Notes: generated from the sequence alone by a model not told the origin. 64,000 bases of DNA from Cyanophyceae cyanobacterium (GCA_050331735.1 JBHJGN010000011.1:235119-299118); one strand, 5' to 3'; positions 21,471-31,252 are shown, counted from the stretch's first letter. Made by a program: numbers and translations.

Positions 21471-21647
21471 ATGACACACACTATCAGCTACCGAGAGGAT
21501 CTAATTGAACGACTTCAGGATCCAGAATATGCTGCAATCTATCTAGAAGAGCATTTAAAAAAAGATGAATATAAAAACGATCCTGAGTTGTTTAAATTAG
21601 CTCTTAGTAATGTGCTAGTAGCATTTGGAAAAGCTAAAAGGCCTTAA
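21471..21647 (+). CDS. truncated addiction-module antidote-like protein (no HTH half)
   Basis: SYREDLIERLQDPEYAAIYLEE...DPELFKLALSNV resembles the N-half of HI1420-type antidotes; AT-rich. Confidence 0.55.
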   Translation: MTHTISYREDLIERLQDPEYAAIYLEEHLKKDEYKNDPELFKLALSNVLVAFGKAKRP

Positions 21648-21680
21648 CAGCAAAGCAGGCTTTCTACTTTGTGGCCCCCG

Positions 21681-23405
21681 TTAGTAATGACTGCCAGAGG
21701 TACGATGGTGAACTGCCGTTACCCCCTCAGAACGCAATATCTGGCCCTGGTTAGCAATAGCATAAATTAACCAGTGGTCGCCGCACTCCATTCGGCTATC
21801 AACGCGACATTCAACATAAGCCAGAGCATCGCTTAGAACCGGGCATCCGGATTCGGATTCTCCGGTCTTAACCCCGGCAAACCGATCTTCTCCAGGGGCG
21901 AAAGGTTTGAGGAAGTGCTTCATCAAGCCAAGGTGCTTGCCTTCTTCAAGAATATTAAGCACAAAGTGTTCTCCCGAATGCAGTAGCGATTCGATCGCCC
22001 GTTCCTTCGCGACCGCCACCGTCAGTCCTGGTGGATTGAAGGTGGCTTGGGACACCCAAGAGGCCAGCATTCCTCCAGATAACTCGCCTTGTTGCGTCGT
22101 GACGACACACAAAGACCCTACGACTCTTCCTAATGCCTGTTCGGTGCGGGCCGCTTGAGAAGCACTGGCCGACTGTTTAGGCTTGCGGGTTTTCTGGGCT
22201 TTTTTGAGGGCTTGAGCAAAATCTGTTCCTGCTTCTTCACAGGTTTTGAGAATCATATCGGTGGGCTTAAATTTGACGCGGATTGGCTCAAAACCGAAGC
22301 GATAGCCAGCATCTTTAAACTTTCCTTCTAATAAATCAATTGCTTCTCCACTCCAGCCATAGGAACCAAAAACCCCGGCTAGTTTATTTTTATCGGCGTT
22401 AGCTAAGGTAATGCCTAGGGCCGTTTGAATTTGTGTGGGGGCGTGTCCGCCCAGAGTCGGGGAACCAAAGATAAATCCTGCTGCCTTGCTAACGGCGGCT
22501 TTAATTTCGTCGGAATCTGCCGCTTCGGCGTTAATCGATTCTACCCCGACTCCGGCTTTGGTGATGCCGCGAGCGATCGCCTGCGCTAGGGTGGCCGTAT
22601 TGCCATAGGCAGACGCGTAGATGAGGGCAACGCTCAGAGACTGGCTTTTTTGCTGCTGCGCCCAGTCTCGATAAGCCGCCGTCATCTCTATCAAGCCGTA
22701 GCGAACGAGCGGACCGTGACCGGTGGCGTAGATTCTCGCCTGCTTATCAGATAGCTTATCTAAAATCGTTTCTACCTGCCGCGCATGGGGAGCCATCAAA
22801 CAGTCAAAATAGTAGCGGCGGTCTTCTGTATAGACTCTCCAGCCTTCATCTAGCACCTGATCGCCGCAGACGTGCGCCCCAAAGAACTTGTCGGTGAAGA
22901 GAACCTCAGTTTTTGGGTCGTAGGTACAGAGTTCGTCAGGCCAGCGGGGAATCGGCGTAGGGATAAACTCTAATACGTGTCCTTGGCCTAAATCTAAGGT
23001 TTCGTCTCCTTTTATCACCTGAATATTAACCTGATCGGAGACGATATTTCGCAGCGCGATCGCTCCTGGATTTGAGCAGACAAAGGTAATGTCGGGATTT
23101 AACTCTAGTAGGGCTTTTAAGGTAACGCCTCGATTGGGGTTGACGTGACCTAAGATGACGTAATCAATTGTCTTCGGGTCGATGCGTTCCTGAAGTGCTG
23201 CCAGAAAAATTTCTGTAAAGGATTCTCCTGGCGGATCGAGGAGGGCGATGCGATCGCCTTGAATTAAATATGAATTAGCGGTGGTTCCTTTGCCGAGGGC
23301 GTATTCAATCTCAAACTTGAGACGGTCCCAAGTGCGCGATCGCATCACCCACGTATCGTAGGCCAGCGGCAGAAATTGAACATCTTTGGCTTTATTTAAT
23401 TGCAT
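21681..23405 (-). CDS. flv1: flavodiiron (diflavin) protein, Flv1 type
   Basis: Beta-lactamase-like, flavodoxin (YASAYGNT) and flavin reductase domains; non-canonical GHVNPNR metal site. Confidence 0.88.
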   Translation of the reverse strand: MQLNKAKDVQFLPLAYDTWVMRSRTWDRLKFEIEYALGKGTTANSYLIQGDRIALLDPPGESFTEIFLAALQERIDPKTIDYVILGHVNPNRGVTLKALLELNPDITFVCSNPGAIALRNIVSDQVNIQVIKGDETLDLGQGHVLEFIPTPIPRWPDELCTYDPKTEVLFTDKFFGAHVCGDQVLDEGWRVYTEDRRYYFDCLMAPHARQVETILDKLSDKQARIYATGHGPLVRYGLIEMTAAYRDWAQQQKSQSLSVALIYASAYGNTATLAQAIARGITKAGVGVESINAEAADSDEIKAAVSKAAGFIFGSPTLGGHAPTQIQTALGITLANADKNKLAGVFGSYGWSGEAIDLLEGKFKDAGYRFGFEPIRVKFKPTDMILKTCEEAGTDFAQALKKAQKTRKPKQSASASQAARTEQALGRVVGSLCVVTTQQGELSGGMLASWVSQATFNPPGLTVAVAKERAIESLLHSGEHFVLNILEEGKHLGLMKHFLKPFAPGEDRFAGVKTGESESGCPVLSDALAYVECRVDSRMECGDHWLIYAIANQGQILRSEGVTAVHHRTSGSHY

Positions 23406-23430
23406 AATCGATTAAATTAATGGTTTTTTC

Positions 23431-23512
23431 TTAATGGCGTTTCTTCAGCAGTTCAGGAAAATGCTTGAGATCGTCAATCGACTAGGGTGCTGGATGAATT
23501 TTTCTAGGTTGG
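23431..23512 (-). pseudogene. decayed second copy of the DUF6887-like C-terminus
   Basis: QPRKIHPAP*SIDDLKHFPELLKKRH* aligns with EPGEIFPAPQMLNDLKHFPELLKKHL of the 23973-24179 gene; internal TAG. Confidence 0.75.
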
Positions 23513-23585
23513 CGGCAGATGACCTCTGCATCCTCACCAAGTTCTCTCTTCCATCTGTTGTAGCGCTCTGTTATTTCCTTCATAC

Positions 23586-23819
23586 CTAAGTGCGTTTTTC
23601 TGAGCGTTCATCGTGAGCCAACGAGCCACTGTGAAGAATGCCTGCTAAAGCACGCTCGCGCCAAGGGAGCATCGAGTCGTAAAGGTCTAACTCTGTGTCC
23701 ATGATCGACAGCAAAATACCTGTACTATAACGCTCAAGCTGACCTGTGATCACGCCATCGGCGCGAACAAAGAAGCTACCCCAGCAACTCTCTAGCGCTA
23801 ATGAATTCGGGCAACTAAT
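23586..23819 (-). pseudogene. C-terminal fragment of a probable carbon-nitrogen hydrolase family gene
   Basis: ISCPNSLALESCWGSFFVRADGVITGQL...WRERALAGILHSG; no start codon, in-frame stop just upstream; family from memory of similar C-termini. Confidence 0.55.
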
Positions 23820-23972
23820 GGAAAGTGAGCTACATCAGCGCTTTGTTCCTGGGCATTCTTCATAAGCTGAGATACACACTGAAAGTTGCTGTTAATGTCA
23901 GCACTGGTAGGAAATTGACAGATGGCTATAAATAGCTTCATTTTTTGCTTTATATTGGCATAATTGCTTACT

Positions 23973-24179
23973 CTAACGGGACTTATTTTGAAGATGTTTT
24001 TTTAACAGTTCAGGAAAGTGTTTAAGATCGTTAAGCATTTGCGGTGCTGGAAAAATTTCTCCAGGTTCAGCAGTAACTTTATCCATATAGATATAAAAAG
24101 CCTCTTCATCTTCTCTATGCTCAAGAATATAGGCTCGTAGTTCTTGACGAGACATAGCTTTAAAATTAGGATTGCTCAT
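23973..24179 (-). CDS. DUF6887-like small protein
   Basis: MSNPNFKAMSRQELRAYILEHREDEEAF; ATG overlaps the upstream stop (ATGA). Confidence 0.8.
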   Translation of the reverse strand: MSNPNFKAMSRQELRAYILEHREDEEAFYIYMDKVTAEPGEIFPAPQMLNDLKHFPELLKKHLQNKSR

Positions 24180-24349
24180 AGATATCTCCATTGTCCATCG
24201 GGAAAAATCAAGCTTTCTGTTTCTTCTCCTGCTAGAAAAAATACTTCATCTGTCCGTTCATCTACACGAACCAGATTAATGGGTAAGTACATTTTTGTTG
24301 CCCAGTAGCTGAGGATAAAGCAAGTTAGCATTTGTGCTGGAGTCGGAAT
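24176..24349 (-). CDS. DUF6888-like small protein (not in the ORF track)
   Basis: (I/M)PTPAQMLTCFILSYWATKMYLPINLVRVDERTDEVFFLAGEETESLIFPDGQWRYL*; GGAGA RBS precedes ATT at 24349; alternative ATG at 24331. Confidence 0.75.
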   Translation of the reverse strand: MPTPAQMLTCFILSYWATKMYLPINLVRVDERTDEVFFLAGEETESLIFPDGQWRYL

Positions 24350-24360
24350 TGAATTTCTCC

Positions 24361-24888
24361 TTAGCTCATAGGTTTTTCTTTGAGCTGGTTTAACGCTTGC
24401 TGTTCAATAAAACTGCTTTTACCAACTTGATAAGCATCGCGGTCGCCCCCATATTGCTCCAACAACTTCAGCTTCAATTGCACGTACTCTTGAGCCACTG
24501 CTGGGTGCTGAATTAAATAATCTCTAAACAGGATGTGTCCTTGCCAGTCCCAGCTTGTAATTTCCAAAATATGAACGTGATGAGTACGCGGTTCTCCTCG
24601 AGCAAAGAAGTGTCGGCGCGGGATACCGTTTTCCCCTCTGTAGCTGTAGCCAAGCTTCTCCATTGGTTTTATACAGACGGCGGCGGCTTCAAAATTCGCA
24701 ACGGCAATACCGATATCCAAAATTGGTTTAGCAATGATGCCGGGAATAGACGTACTGCCGACATGCTGAATCTCTAAAACATCACTACCAATAGCCGCCT
24801 GCAATCTCTGCTTTTCTTCCTCAAATAACTTTTGCCACTCTGGATTGTGGGGAATAAATTTCAGTTTTCCTCTTTCTAAACCAAGCAT
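24361..24888 (-). CDS. GrpB/UPF0157 family nucleotidyltransferase-fold protein
   Basis: HVGSTSIPGIIAKPILDI, HHVH, FRDYL, Y..LK, Y..GKS.FI. Confidence 0.9.
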   Translation of the reverse strand: MLGLERGKLKFIPHNPEWQKLFEEEKQRLQAAIGSDVLEIQHVGSTSIPGIIAKPILDIGIAVANFEAAAVCIKPMEKLGYSYRGENGIPRRHFFARGEPRTHHVHILEITSWDWQGHILFRDYLIQHPAVAQEYVQLKLKLLEQYGGDRDAYQVGKSSFIEQQALNQLKEKPMS

Positions 24889-25001
24889 GATTTATCGCTG
24901 GTTGTTTGTCACTGGTCATTTGTGGTTGATCCAAATGACCAGTAATAGAGAACAAAAAACTCAAGACTTAGGTTACCGTCGCTTTTTGTCGTTCAAGACC
25001 T

Positions 25002-26723
25002 TTAGTAATGATTACCAACTTTGCGATGGTGAACTGCTGTAATCGCGTCCGGGTTAGAAACGCGACCCGAATCTACTCGGCTATACACAATCCAGTGGTC
25101 AGGGCAGTCCATGCGGCTGACGACTTCACACTCAATATAGGCGAGGGCATCGGTGAGGATGGGAGACCCATTTTGGGCCGTTTGCGTTTTTACTCCGGCA
25201 AAGCGGTCAGCACCGGGCTTAAAGCGCTTGAGAAAATGCTTCATCAGATGCTGATAGTTCCCCTCTTCGAGAATATTCAAGACGAAGGTATCGCCGACCT
25301 GCATCAGCGATTCGATGGCCCGATCTTTGGCAACGGCAATGGTAATTCCTAAAGGTTCAAAGCTCGCTTGACTCACCCAAGAAGCCAGCATTGCGCTTTT
25401 AACATCGCCTTTTTGAGCAGTAATAATATACAGTCCGCCACTCAAGCGCCCCATCGCTTTGTCTAGATCGGTATCTAGCGACTTCATCTGCTTGATGGCG
25501 CGATCGCGCATCAGCAACTGCCCTAAATCCGTTCCGGCTTCCTCGCACAGCTTGTAGGTTGCTTCACTCGGAGTCGCTTTGATGCGAATGGCGGGAAATC
25601 CTTCCTTAAGACCCACATCCCGAAACTTGGTCAGTAGCGGATCGATCGGTTCGTCATCTTCTCCGTAGGATTCAAACATCCCAACTGTCTGCTTGTTGCT
25701 AGCCGCTGCTAAGGCGGTGCCTACATTCTTAGTAATGGCTTCTGTGTTGGCGATTGGCGGCATTCCTAAAACAATCCCTGCTGCCCGACTAACGAGTTCG
25801 TGAACATCTTGCGGATCGGCAGATTTCAGGTCAATCATCTCCACCGCCACCTCAGTTTTCGTGATGCCCTTGGCAATGGCTTGGGAGAGGCGATCGCTGA
25901 ATCCGTAGTCGGACACATAAAAAACAGCTACCATTTTTTCTGCTTTGGCCTGAGCCTGACTCCAGCTACGATAGCGACCAATCAGTTCGTCAACGTTGTG
26001 CCGCAGCAGAGGACCGTGACCGTTTGCCACCGTCACGACCTCCCCGAGCTTATCCATCCTCTTAAGGGCAGACAGCACGGAGCGAGCGTTGGGAGCCATC
26101 AAACAGTCATAATAGAAGCGATAATCGGCTTCAATAGCTGTTAAATCTTCGTCGTAGAGATTATCTGAGCAGTAGTGCATGCCAAAGGCATCGCAGGTAA
26201 ATAGGGTCTGCGTTTCGTGGTCGTAGGTAAAGATGGTGTCGGGCCAGTGGAGGTTGGGCGCATTGACAAATTCTAAGACGTGACCGTTGCCCAAGTCTAG
26301 CTGGTCGCCGTTTTTCACAATCTTGCGCTCAAAGGGCTGATGGATTAAATCTTCTAAAAATTGAATCGCCACTTTCGCCCCCACTACCACAGCTTGAGGC
26401 GCTAGCTGAAGGACATCTTTAACTAAACCGCTGTGATCGGGTTCTGTATGACTAATAATTAAATAATCAATTTCTGTGGGGTCGATTAAACCCGTTAATG
26501 TATCTAGATAAAGCTGACGAAATTTTTCGTGGGAGGTGTCTATGAGGGCCGTTTTTTCCCCGCGAACAATAAAGGAGTTGTAGGTGGTGCCGTTCTGTAA
26601 GCCAAACTCAATATCAAAGCGATCGCGGTCCCAATCGAGGGAGCGAATTGTGGTCGTCTGTGCCACAACCTCTGCCGTTTGTATTGTTAACCGGTTAGTG
26701 GTTTGTATCGGCGTTGCTACCAT
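25002..26723 (-). CDS. flv3: flavodiiron (diflavin) protein, Flv3 type
   Basis: Canonical SHTEPDHS, LHWPD, CDAFG, GHG di-iron ligands; flavodoxin and flavin reductase domains. Confidence 0.9.
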   Translation of the reverse strand: MVATPIQTTNRLTIQTAEVVAQTTTIRSLDWDRDRFDIEFGLQNGTTYNSFIVRGEKTALIDTSHEKFRQLYLDTLTGLIDPTEIDYLIISHTEPDHSGLVKDVLQLAPQAVVVGAKVAIQFLEDLIHQPFERKIVKNGDQLDLGNGHVLEFVNAPNLHWPDTIFTYDHETQTLFTCDAFGMHYCSDNLYDEDLTAIEADYRFYYDCLMAPNARSVLSALKRMDKLGEVVTVANGHGPLLRHNVDELIGRYRSWSQAQAKAEKMVAVFYVSDYGFSDRLSQAIAKGITKTEVAVEMIDLKSADPQDVHELVSRAAGIVLGMPPIANTEAITKNVGTALAAASNKQTVGMFESYGEDDEPIDPLLTKFRDVGLKEGFPAIRIKATPSEATYKLCEEAGTDLGQLLMRDRAIKQMKSLDTDLDKAMGRLSGGLYIITAQKGDVKSAMLASWVSQASFEPLGITIAVAKDRAIESLMQVGDTFVLNILEEGNYQHLMKHFLKRFKPGADRFAGVKTQTAQNGSPILTDALAYIECEVVSRMDCPDHWIVYSRVDSGRVSNPDAITAVHHRKVGNHY

Positions 26724-26829
26724 ATCCCTCTCCTTAGCTATTTTTCTTTCATTGTGACACGCTCGCTTAGTAACGAAATATTAAAAAACTTATAGTTGAG
26801 CGAAGTGACGTTTAATCTGAGTCTTGCTC

Positions 26830-27549
26830 ATGGATAACTCCGCTAAGAAAGACTGGCTAGGCTTGATGATCGGCAACTCCAGGCTGCACTGGGCCAAGTT
26901 TCACCAGAAAACTCTCATACAGACCTGGAACAGCCCCCATCAATCGACCGCCGCAGCAGCAACGCCTCTCGACCGCTTACCGTTATACATTGCCTCAGTC
27001 GTGCCTCAGCAAACAGCTCTTTGGCAAGCTTATCCTCGGGCAAGAGTAATTACTTTAGCCGATATTCCCCTACCAGGACTGTATCAAACAATGGGCATCG
27101 ATCGCGCTTTAGCTCTGTGGGGGGCCGTTTCTACTGATAGGTGTCCCTGTTTGATCATCGATGCTGGTACTGCTTTAACTTTTACGGGGGCTAGCGAACA
27201 GAGGTTTGTTGGCGGTGCTATTTTACCAGGGTTGAGGCTACAGCTACAGTCCCTCACTCAAAAAACGGCAGCGCTACCAGCAGTACAGATCCAAAACTTA
27301 CCGCAGCGATGGGCAGTAGAGACATCTGAGGCAATTAGCAGCGGCGTTCTATATACTCTACTAGCAGGCCTCAAAGATTTTATCCAAGACTGGCAACAGC
27401 AGTATCTAGACAGTCAAATTCTCCTCACTGGCGGCGATGCCACTGTGCTCATGCACTTTGTTCAGGTACAGTTTCCAGAAGTAGCGGCAGCAATCAAAAT
27501 AGATGCTAATTTAATTTTTTGGGGAATGCGATCGCTCGTTGCACAATAA
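26830..27549 (+). CDS. coaX: type III pantothenate kinase
   Basis: IGNSR, ASVVP, GIDRAL, IDAGTALT, GGAILPG, LTGGD. Confidence 0.9.
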   Translation: MDNSAKKDWLGLMIGNSRLHWAKFHQKTLIQTWNSPHQSTAAAATPLDRLPLYIASVVPQQTALWQAYPRARVITLADIPLPGLYQTMGIDRALALWGAVSTDRCPCLIIDAGTALTFTGASEQRFVGGAILPGLRLQLQSLTQKTAALPAVQIQNLPQRWAVETSEAISSGVLYTLLAGLKDFIQDWQQQYLDSQILLTGGDATVLMHFVQVQFPEVAAAIKIDANLIFWGMRSLVAQ

Positions 27550-27673
27550 GCAAAGAAAGTGAATGCCATTTCAGCATATCTTTAGAGCAATAATCTGATT
27601 AAGGATGTAGAAATGACGCTGGCGGTAGTTAAATAGGCGATCGCCTCGTGTCGATGCTCCTTGCCTAAGAGCA

Positions 27674-28000
27674 TTACAGCGTCTCGTCGCAGTTTCGTGC
27701 TGGTAACACAGAGGTGAAACGTCGATACTCAGACAAATACTGCTCTAAGTGCACAAACTGAGGGAGGTTCAGACTGTAGTAAATCCAACGTCCTTGCTGA
27801 CGAGCGCGGACTAAATTAGCCTCTTTAAGGGTTTTTAAATGAAAAGACAGTTTAGATTGAGGAGTCCCTAGTTGCTCACAAAGTTCGCAAACGCACAGCT
27901 CCTGAGAACGCAGCCGTTCCAATACCTGAATTCTAATCGGATCGGAGAGAGCGCGAAATCCAGCCATCAAAGAAGACGAGGGCAATATTGTTTGAACCAT
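27674..28000 (-). CDS. ArsR/SmtB family transcriptional regulator
   Basis: FRALSDPIRIQV, ELCVCEL, SKLSFHLKTL, GRWIYYSL. Confidence 0.88.
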   Translation of the reverse strand: MVQTILPSSSLMAGFRALSDPIRIQVLERLRSQELCVCELCEQLGTPQSKLSFHLKTLKEANLVRARQQGRWIYYSLNLPQFVHLEQYLSEYRRFTSVLPARNCDETL

Positions 28001-28127
28001 TGATCCATATAAAGCAAAAATTCCCAATCCTGTTTATTGTACAGGGATCAGATTGAGGCTTGAGAGTTCCACAGTCACCTTCAGCAAACGATGACTCCAT
28101 CAACAGCAAACCAAACAAAATTGATGG

Positions 28128-28907
28128 TTAACCACTGACAATTCCAGACCACTGCACCTGTTTCTGCTGGCTGCGACGGTAGGAAAAGAAATACTTTGGT
28201 TGCTGATAGGTACAGTAAGGAGCGATCGCCATTTGTTCATCTCTAATCCCCATCTGTTGAAGCTGGAGAGCATTAACTTGCCGGACATCGATCCGCACTT
28301 TCCCCGGTTGCGGATCTCTGAGTAGTGGCGATCGCGGAAGATGCCAGAGAGCTTCTAAAACGTCTTCTAAAGCAGGGAAGATGCTGGCACCGATTTCTGC
28401 CGCGACAGATTCAGAAACCTGATAAACTTCCCCAGCAATCGCTGGTCCCATGGCAATGCGAAGGTTCTCTAGCGCACTACCAGCAGTGAGAAATTGAGCG
28501 ATCGCTTCAGGCACAATCCGCTGTGCCGTTCCTCGCCAGCCAGCATGAACTGCCGCCGCTTGCCCAGTCTTCACATCCCCAATCAGAACCGGAGTACAGT
28601 CAGCACTGGCAACCCACACCGCCTGCTGTTCGGCATCCGTAACGACTCCATCAGCAGGAGGAAAACTCTCCTGCGTAAGCGCTTGGGCTTTGGTCACAGA
28701 CAGTACCACCTTTCCATGCACCTGCTGGACGCGGTAAGCGTGAGCTTCGGGGTGTAAAACCGCGACTAACTCCTCTGGAGGGCAACCCCAGTGACGGGTA
28801 AAAAAGCCGTGCTGCCAGTCTTGCAGTAAGCTACAGGTTAAGTAAGACTTGTCATTGCCTTGCCACTGCCACTGAGAAGTTAGGGTTTGAGGATAAGTAG
28901 ATACCAA
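28128..28907 (-). CDS. pgeF: peptidoglycan editing factor PgeF (YfiH family)
   Basis: HGFFTR, QVHG, ADCTPVL, HAGWRG, FFSYRR. Confidence 0.9.
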   Translation of the reverse strand: MVSTYPQTLTSQWQWQGNDKSYLTCSLLQDWQHGFFTRHWGCPPEELVAVLHPEAHAYRVQQVHGKVVLSVTKAQALTQESFPPADGVVTDAEQQAVWVASADCTPVLIGDVKTGQAAAVHAGWRGTAQRIVPEAIAQFLTAGSALENLRIAMGPAIAGEVYQVSESVAAEIGASIFPALEDVLEALWHLPRSPLLRDPQPGKVRIDVRQVNALQLQQMGIRDEQMAIAPYCTYQQPKYFFSYRRSQQKQVQWSGIVSG

Positions 28908-29098
28908 AAGCGTACACCTCGTGCTGAATTGAACAGAATGTAGAACCGACGCAGCTAATCAAGAAAGGGTGACAAGAAGTGTCGAGAACAACTTACTTCG
29001 TCGTTAATGGCAACTTGTCTTGACCTCAGCTTTCCTTGGTCGATTCTAGATTTTAGTGATGAGTATTAGATGAATCGTTGATTATTTTGTCTTCACCT

Positions 29099-29905
29099 AT
29101 GGTAGCTGACCCAACAAAAACAGTAGCAAGTTTCTTTCTGTGGCAGGAATATCGGGATATGATGATGAAACTTCCTGCTAATCAGGCAAGAAGGATTCCT
29201 GTGCATATTTATAACACCATCTCTTCAACAAACGAAAAACTGTGGGAAATTGTGGCTCGAGGAGAAATCCCCGCAGCGGCAATCGCTCGCTCTCAAACCG
29301 CCGGACGGGGGCAGTGGGGTAGACAGTGGCAATCTCCACCAGGCGGACTATATCTATCTGTGGCTTTAAATACTCACATTCGAGCAGCCGATGCTGCTCA
29401 TCTCACTTTCTTGAGTACCTGGGGAGTGGCTAACGCCCTGCGTCACCACCACGTTCCTGTGCTGCTCAAATGGCCTAACGATTTAATTTTACAAGGACGC
29501 AAGCTCGGTGGCATTAAGAGCGAGACTCGGTTAGACTCTGGGCAAATTACGCAAGCAGTCATTGGCATTGGCCTTAACTGGGCTAATCCAGTGCCAGCAG
29601 CGGGAATTAATTTACACCGCTTTCCAGGTCATCTAATTACGTCCCTAGAGGCGTTGGCGGCGATCGCTGTTTGGGGAGTATTTCAGGGCTACAGCCGTTA
29701 CTTGTCTAGCGGCATTGACACTATTTTGGTTGAGTACCTCAAGCTCTTTGCAAGTCAAGGGCGGAGGATTGCGATTAATGGGAGCTCTGGAGTGGTGACA
29801 GGGGTAACTGCTCAGGGGAAGCTGTGCGTCCGCCTACAGTCTTCTGGAGCCGCCGCCGAAATTGAGCTAAGTCCTGGTGCTGTGAGCCTTGGTTACGAAA
29901 TCTAA
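29099..29905 (+). CDS. birA: biotin--[acetyl-CoA-carboxylase] ligase
   Basis: STN, QTAGRGQWGRQWQS, LKWPNDL, KLGGI; start uncertain. Confidence 0.9.
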   Translation: MVADPTKTVASFFLWQEYRDMMMKLPANQARRIPVHIYNTISSTNEKLWEIVARGEIPAAAIARSQTAGRGQWGRQWQSPPGGLYLSVALNTHIRAADAAHLTFLSTWGVANALRHHHVPVLLKWPNDLILQGRKLGGIKSETRLDSGQITQAVIGIGLNWANPVPAAGINLHRFPGHLITSLEALAAIAVWGVFQGYSRYLSSGIDTILVEYLKLFASQGRRIAINGSSGVVTGVTAQGKLCVRLQSSGAAAEIELSPGAVSLGYEI

Positions 29906-30057
29906 AGATTCCGCATTGATTTTTTCCGATTTTCTATTTATTTTTTAGATCTAGCCAAGTTTCTCCTGCTGCAATTCGTTATGATGAGTCAGCAAGTATT
30001 TGGTAGATGCCGATTGCTGTCTGTTTGATTTCTACTCACACAAAAAGCGAGCCCCAG

Positions 30058-31185
30058 ATGACTCAGCATTCCTTTCAAAAACTTAATTCAAAAGCCGCGA
30101 CCCTCAAGGGCTATTTTGGGCAAGGATTTAGTTTCACTATTGGGCTTCTAGGATCTCTGTTCTGGGGGCAATCAGCCGTCGCTACAGGCTCATTAGCCTC
30201 TGATCCTCTCCTGCTCATGTCTCCACCTCAAACAGCTCCCGTTACTCCCGCTCCGATATTAGTCCCAACTCCAGCACCAAAGCCACGGGTCACTCAGCCT
30301 TTACCGGCTCCGCAGGTCATTGTCCCCTCGGTATCTACTCCCGCGTCTTTGCCAGCGTCTGCTTCCTCTGCGTCAATTGCTCAGCAACCGAAAGGGAAAA
30401 ATAGTTTTGTAGACGCAACTCGCTACTCAGGGCAAGCTCTTGCTTCACCGCCTGCTGCCGTAGTCTTAACAGAACGGGCAACGGGATGCTCAACGGTGGT
30501 GAGTAATGGTCAACTCCAAAGCGGCAACTGTGGTAGCGTCGCTCAGCCAAAGCTGACTCCTCAGCCAGCCCCGGCAGCAACGGGAGGCTTGCCTGCCGCT
30601 CCCGCCGCTATCGCTAGCAGAGTCTCTCAACAAGGAATTAGTAGTTCTGGGGTCACGCCAGCCGCCGCCACCGTTCCTCCTCAGTATCACCGGGCAACGG
30701 TTCAGTTACCTGATAACGGAGATACCGCCCTGCTGTTTCCTTTGTCGATTCCGGCGACCGTTAGTTCTGCCTTCGGCTGGCGCGTTCATCCGATTGCTGG
30801 AACGCAGCGGATGCACACCGGAACCGATCTGGCAGCCCCAATGGGGACGCCTGTTCTGGCTGCTTATTCTGGGGAAGTGGCTGTTGCTGATTCCTTGGGC
30901 GGCTACGGATTAACGGTCGTTCTGCGCCACGAGGCAGGAACCCAAGAATCGCGCTATGCTCATCTCTCGAAGATTTTGGTCAACCTTGGCGACTGGGTTG
31001 ACCAAGGAACAGTGATTGGGCTCGTGGGCAATACTGGATATTCAACGGGGCCTCATCTCCATTTTGAGTGGCGACACCTCACTCATTCCGGTTGGGTAGC
31101 CGTCGATGCCGGGCTTCACCTGGAGTACGCAATGGAGCAAATGATGCGTTCTCTAGAAGAAATAGCGGAAGCGGATATCAAGTAA
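30058..31185 (+). CDS. M23 family metallopeptidase
   Basis: HTGTDL, YAHL, GYSTGPHLHFE; Pro/Ala-rich linker. Confidence 0.9.
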   Translation: MTQHSFQKLNSKAATLKGYFGQGFSFTIGLLGSLFWGQSAVATGSLASDPLLLMSPPQTAPVTPAPILVPTPAPKPRVTQPLPAPQVIVPSVSTPASLPASASSASIAQQPKGKNSFVDATRYSGQALASPPAAVVLTERATGCSTVVSNGQLQSGNCGSVAQPKLTPQPAPAATGGLPAAPAAIASRVSQQGISSSGVTPAAATVPPQYHRATVQLPDNGDTALLFPLSIPATVSSAFGWRVHPIAGTQRMHTGTDLAAPMGTPVLAAYSGEVAVADSLGGYGLTVVLRHEAGTQESRYAHLSKILVNLGDWVDQGTVIGLVGNTGYSTGPHLHFEWRHLTHSGWVAVDAGLHLEYAMEQMMRSLEEIAEADIK

Positions 31186-31252
31186 GTCACTTCGCGACGG
31201 GGAAGAGGCAAAATGGCGAGTTTCCTCAACCCTTTCCCCGTCCCGCAGGCGC
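31186..31252. repeat. degenerate composite mini-hairpin repeat, copy E
   Basis: GTCAC-TTC-GCGAC then GGGGAAG; CCCTTTCCCC then GTCCC-GCA-GGCGC; fills the gap between convergent stops. Confidence 0.6.

Noticed and set aside
19352..28000. ArsA-like ATPase plus ArsR as an arsenic-resistance system
   Set aside because: Genes are unlinked, there is no arsB/acr3/arsC, and the ATPase is the single-domain GET3-like type
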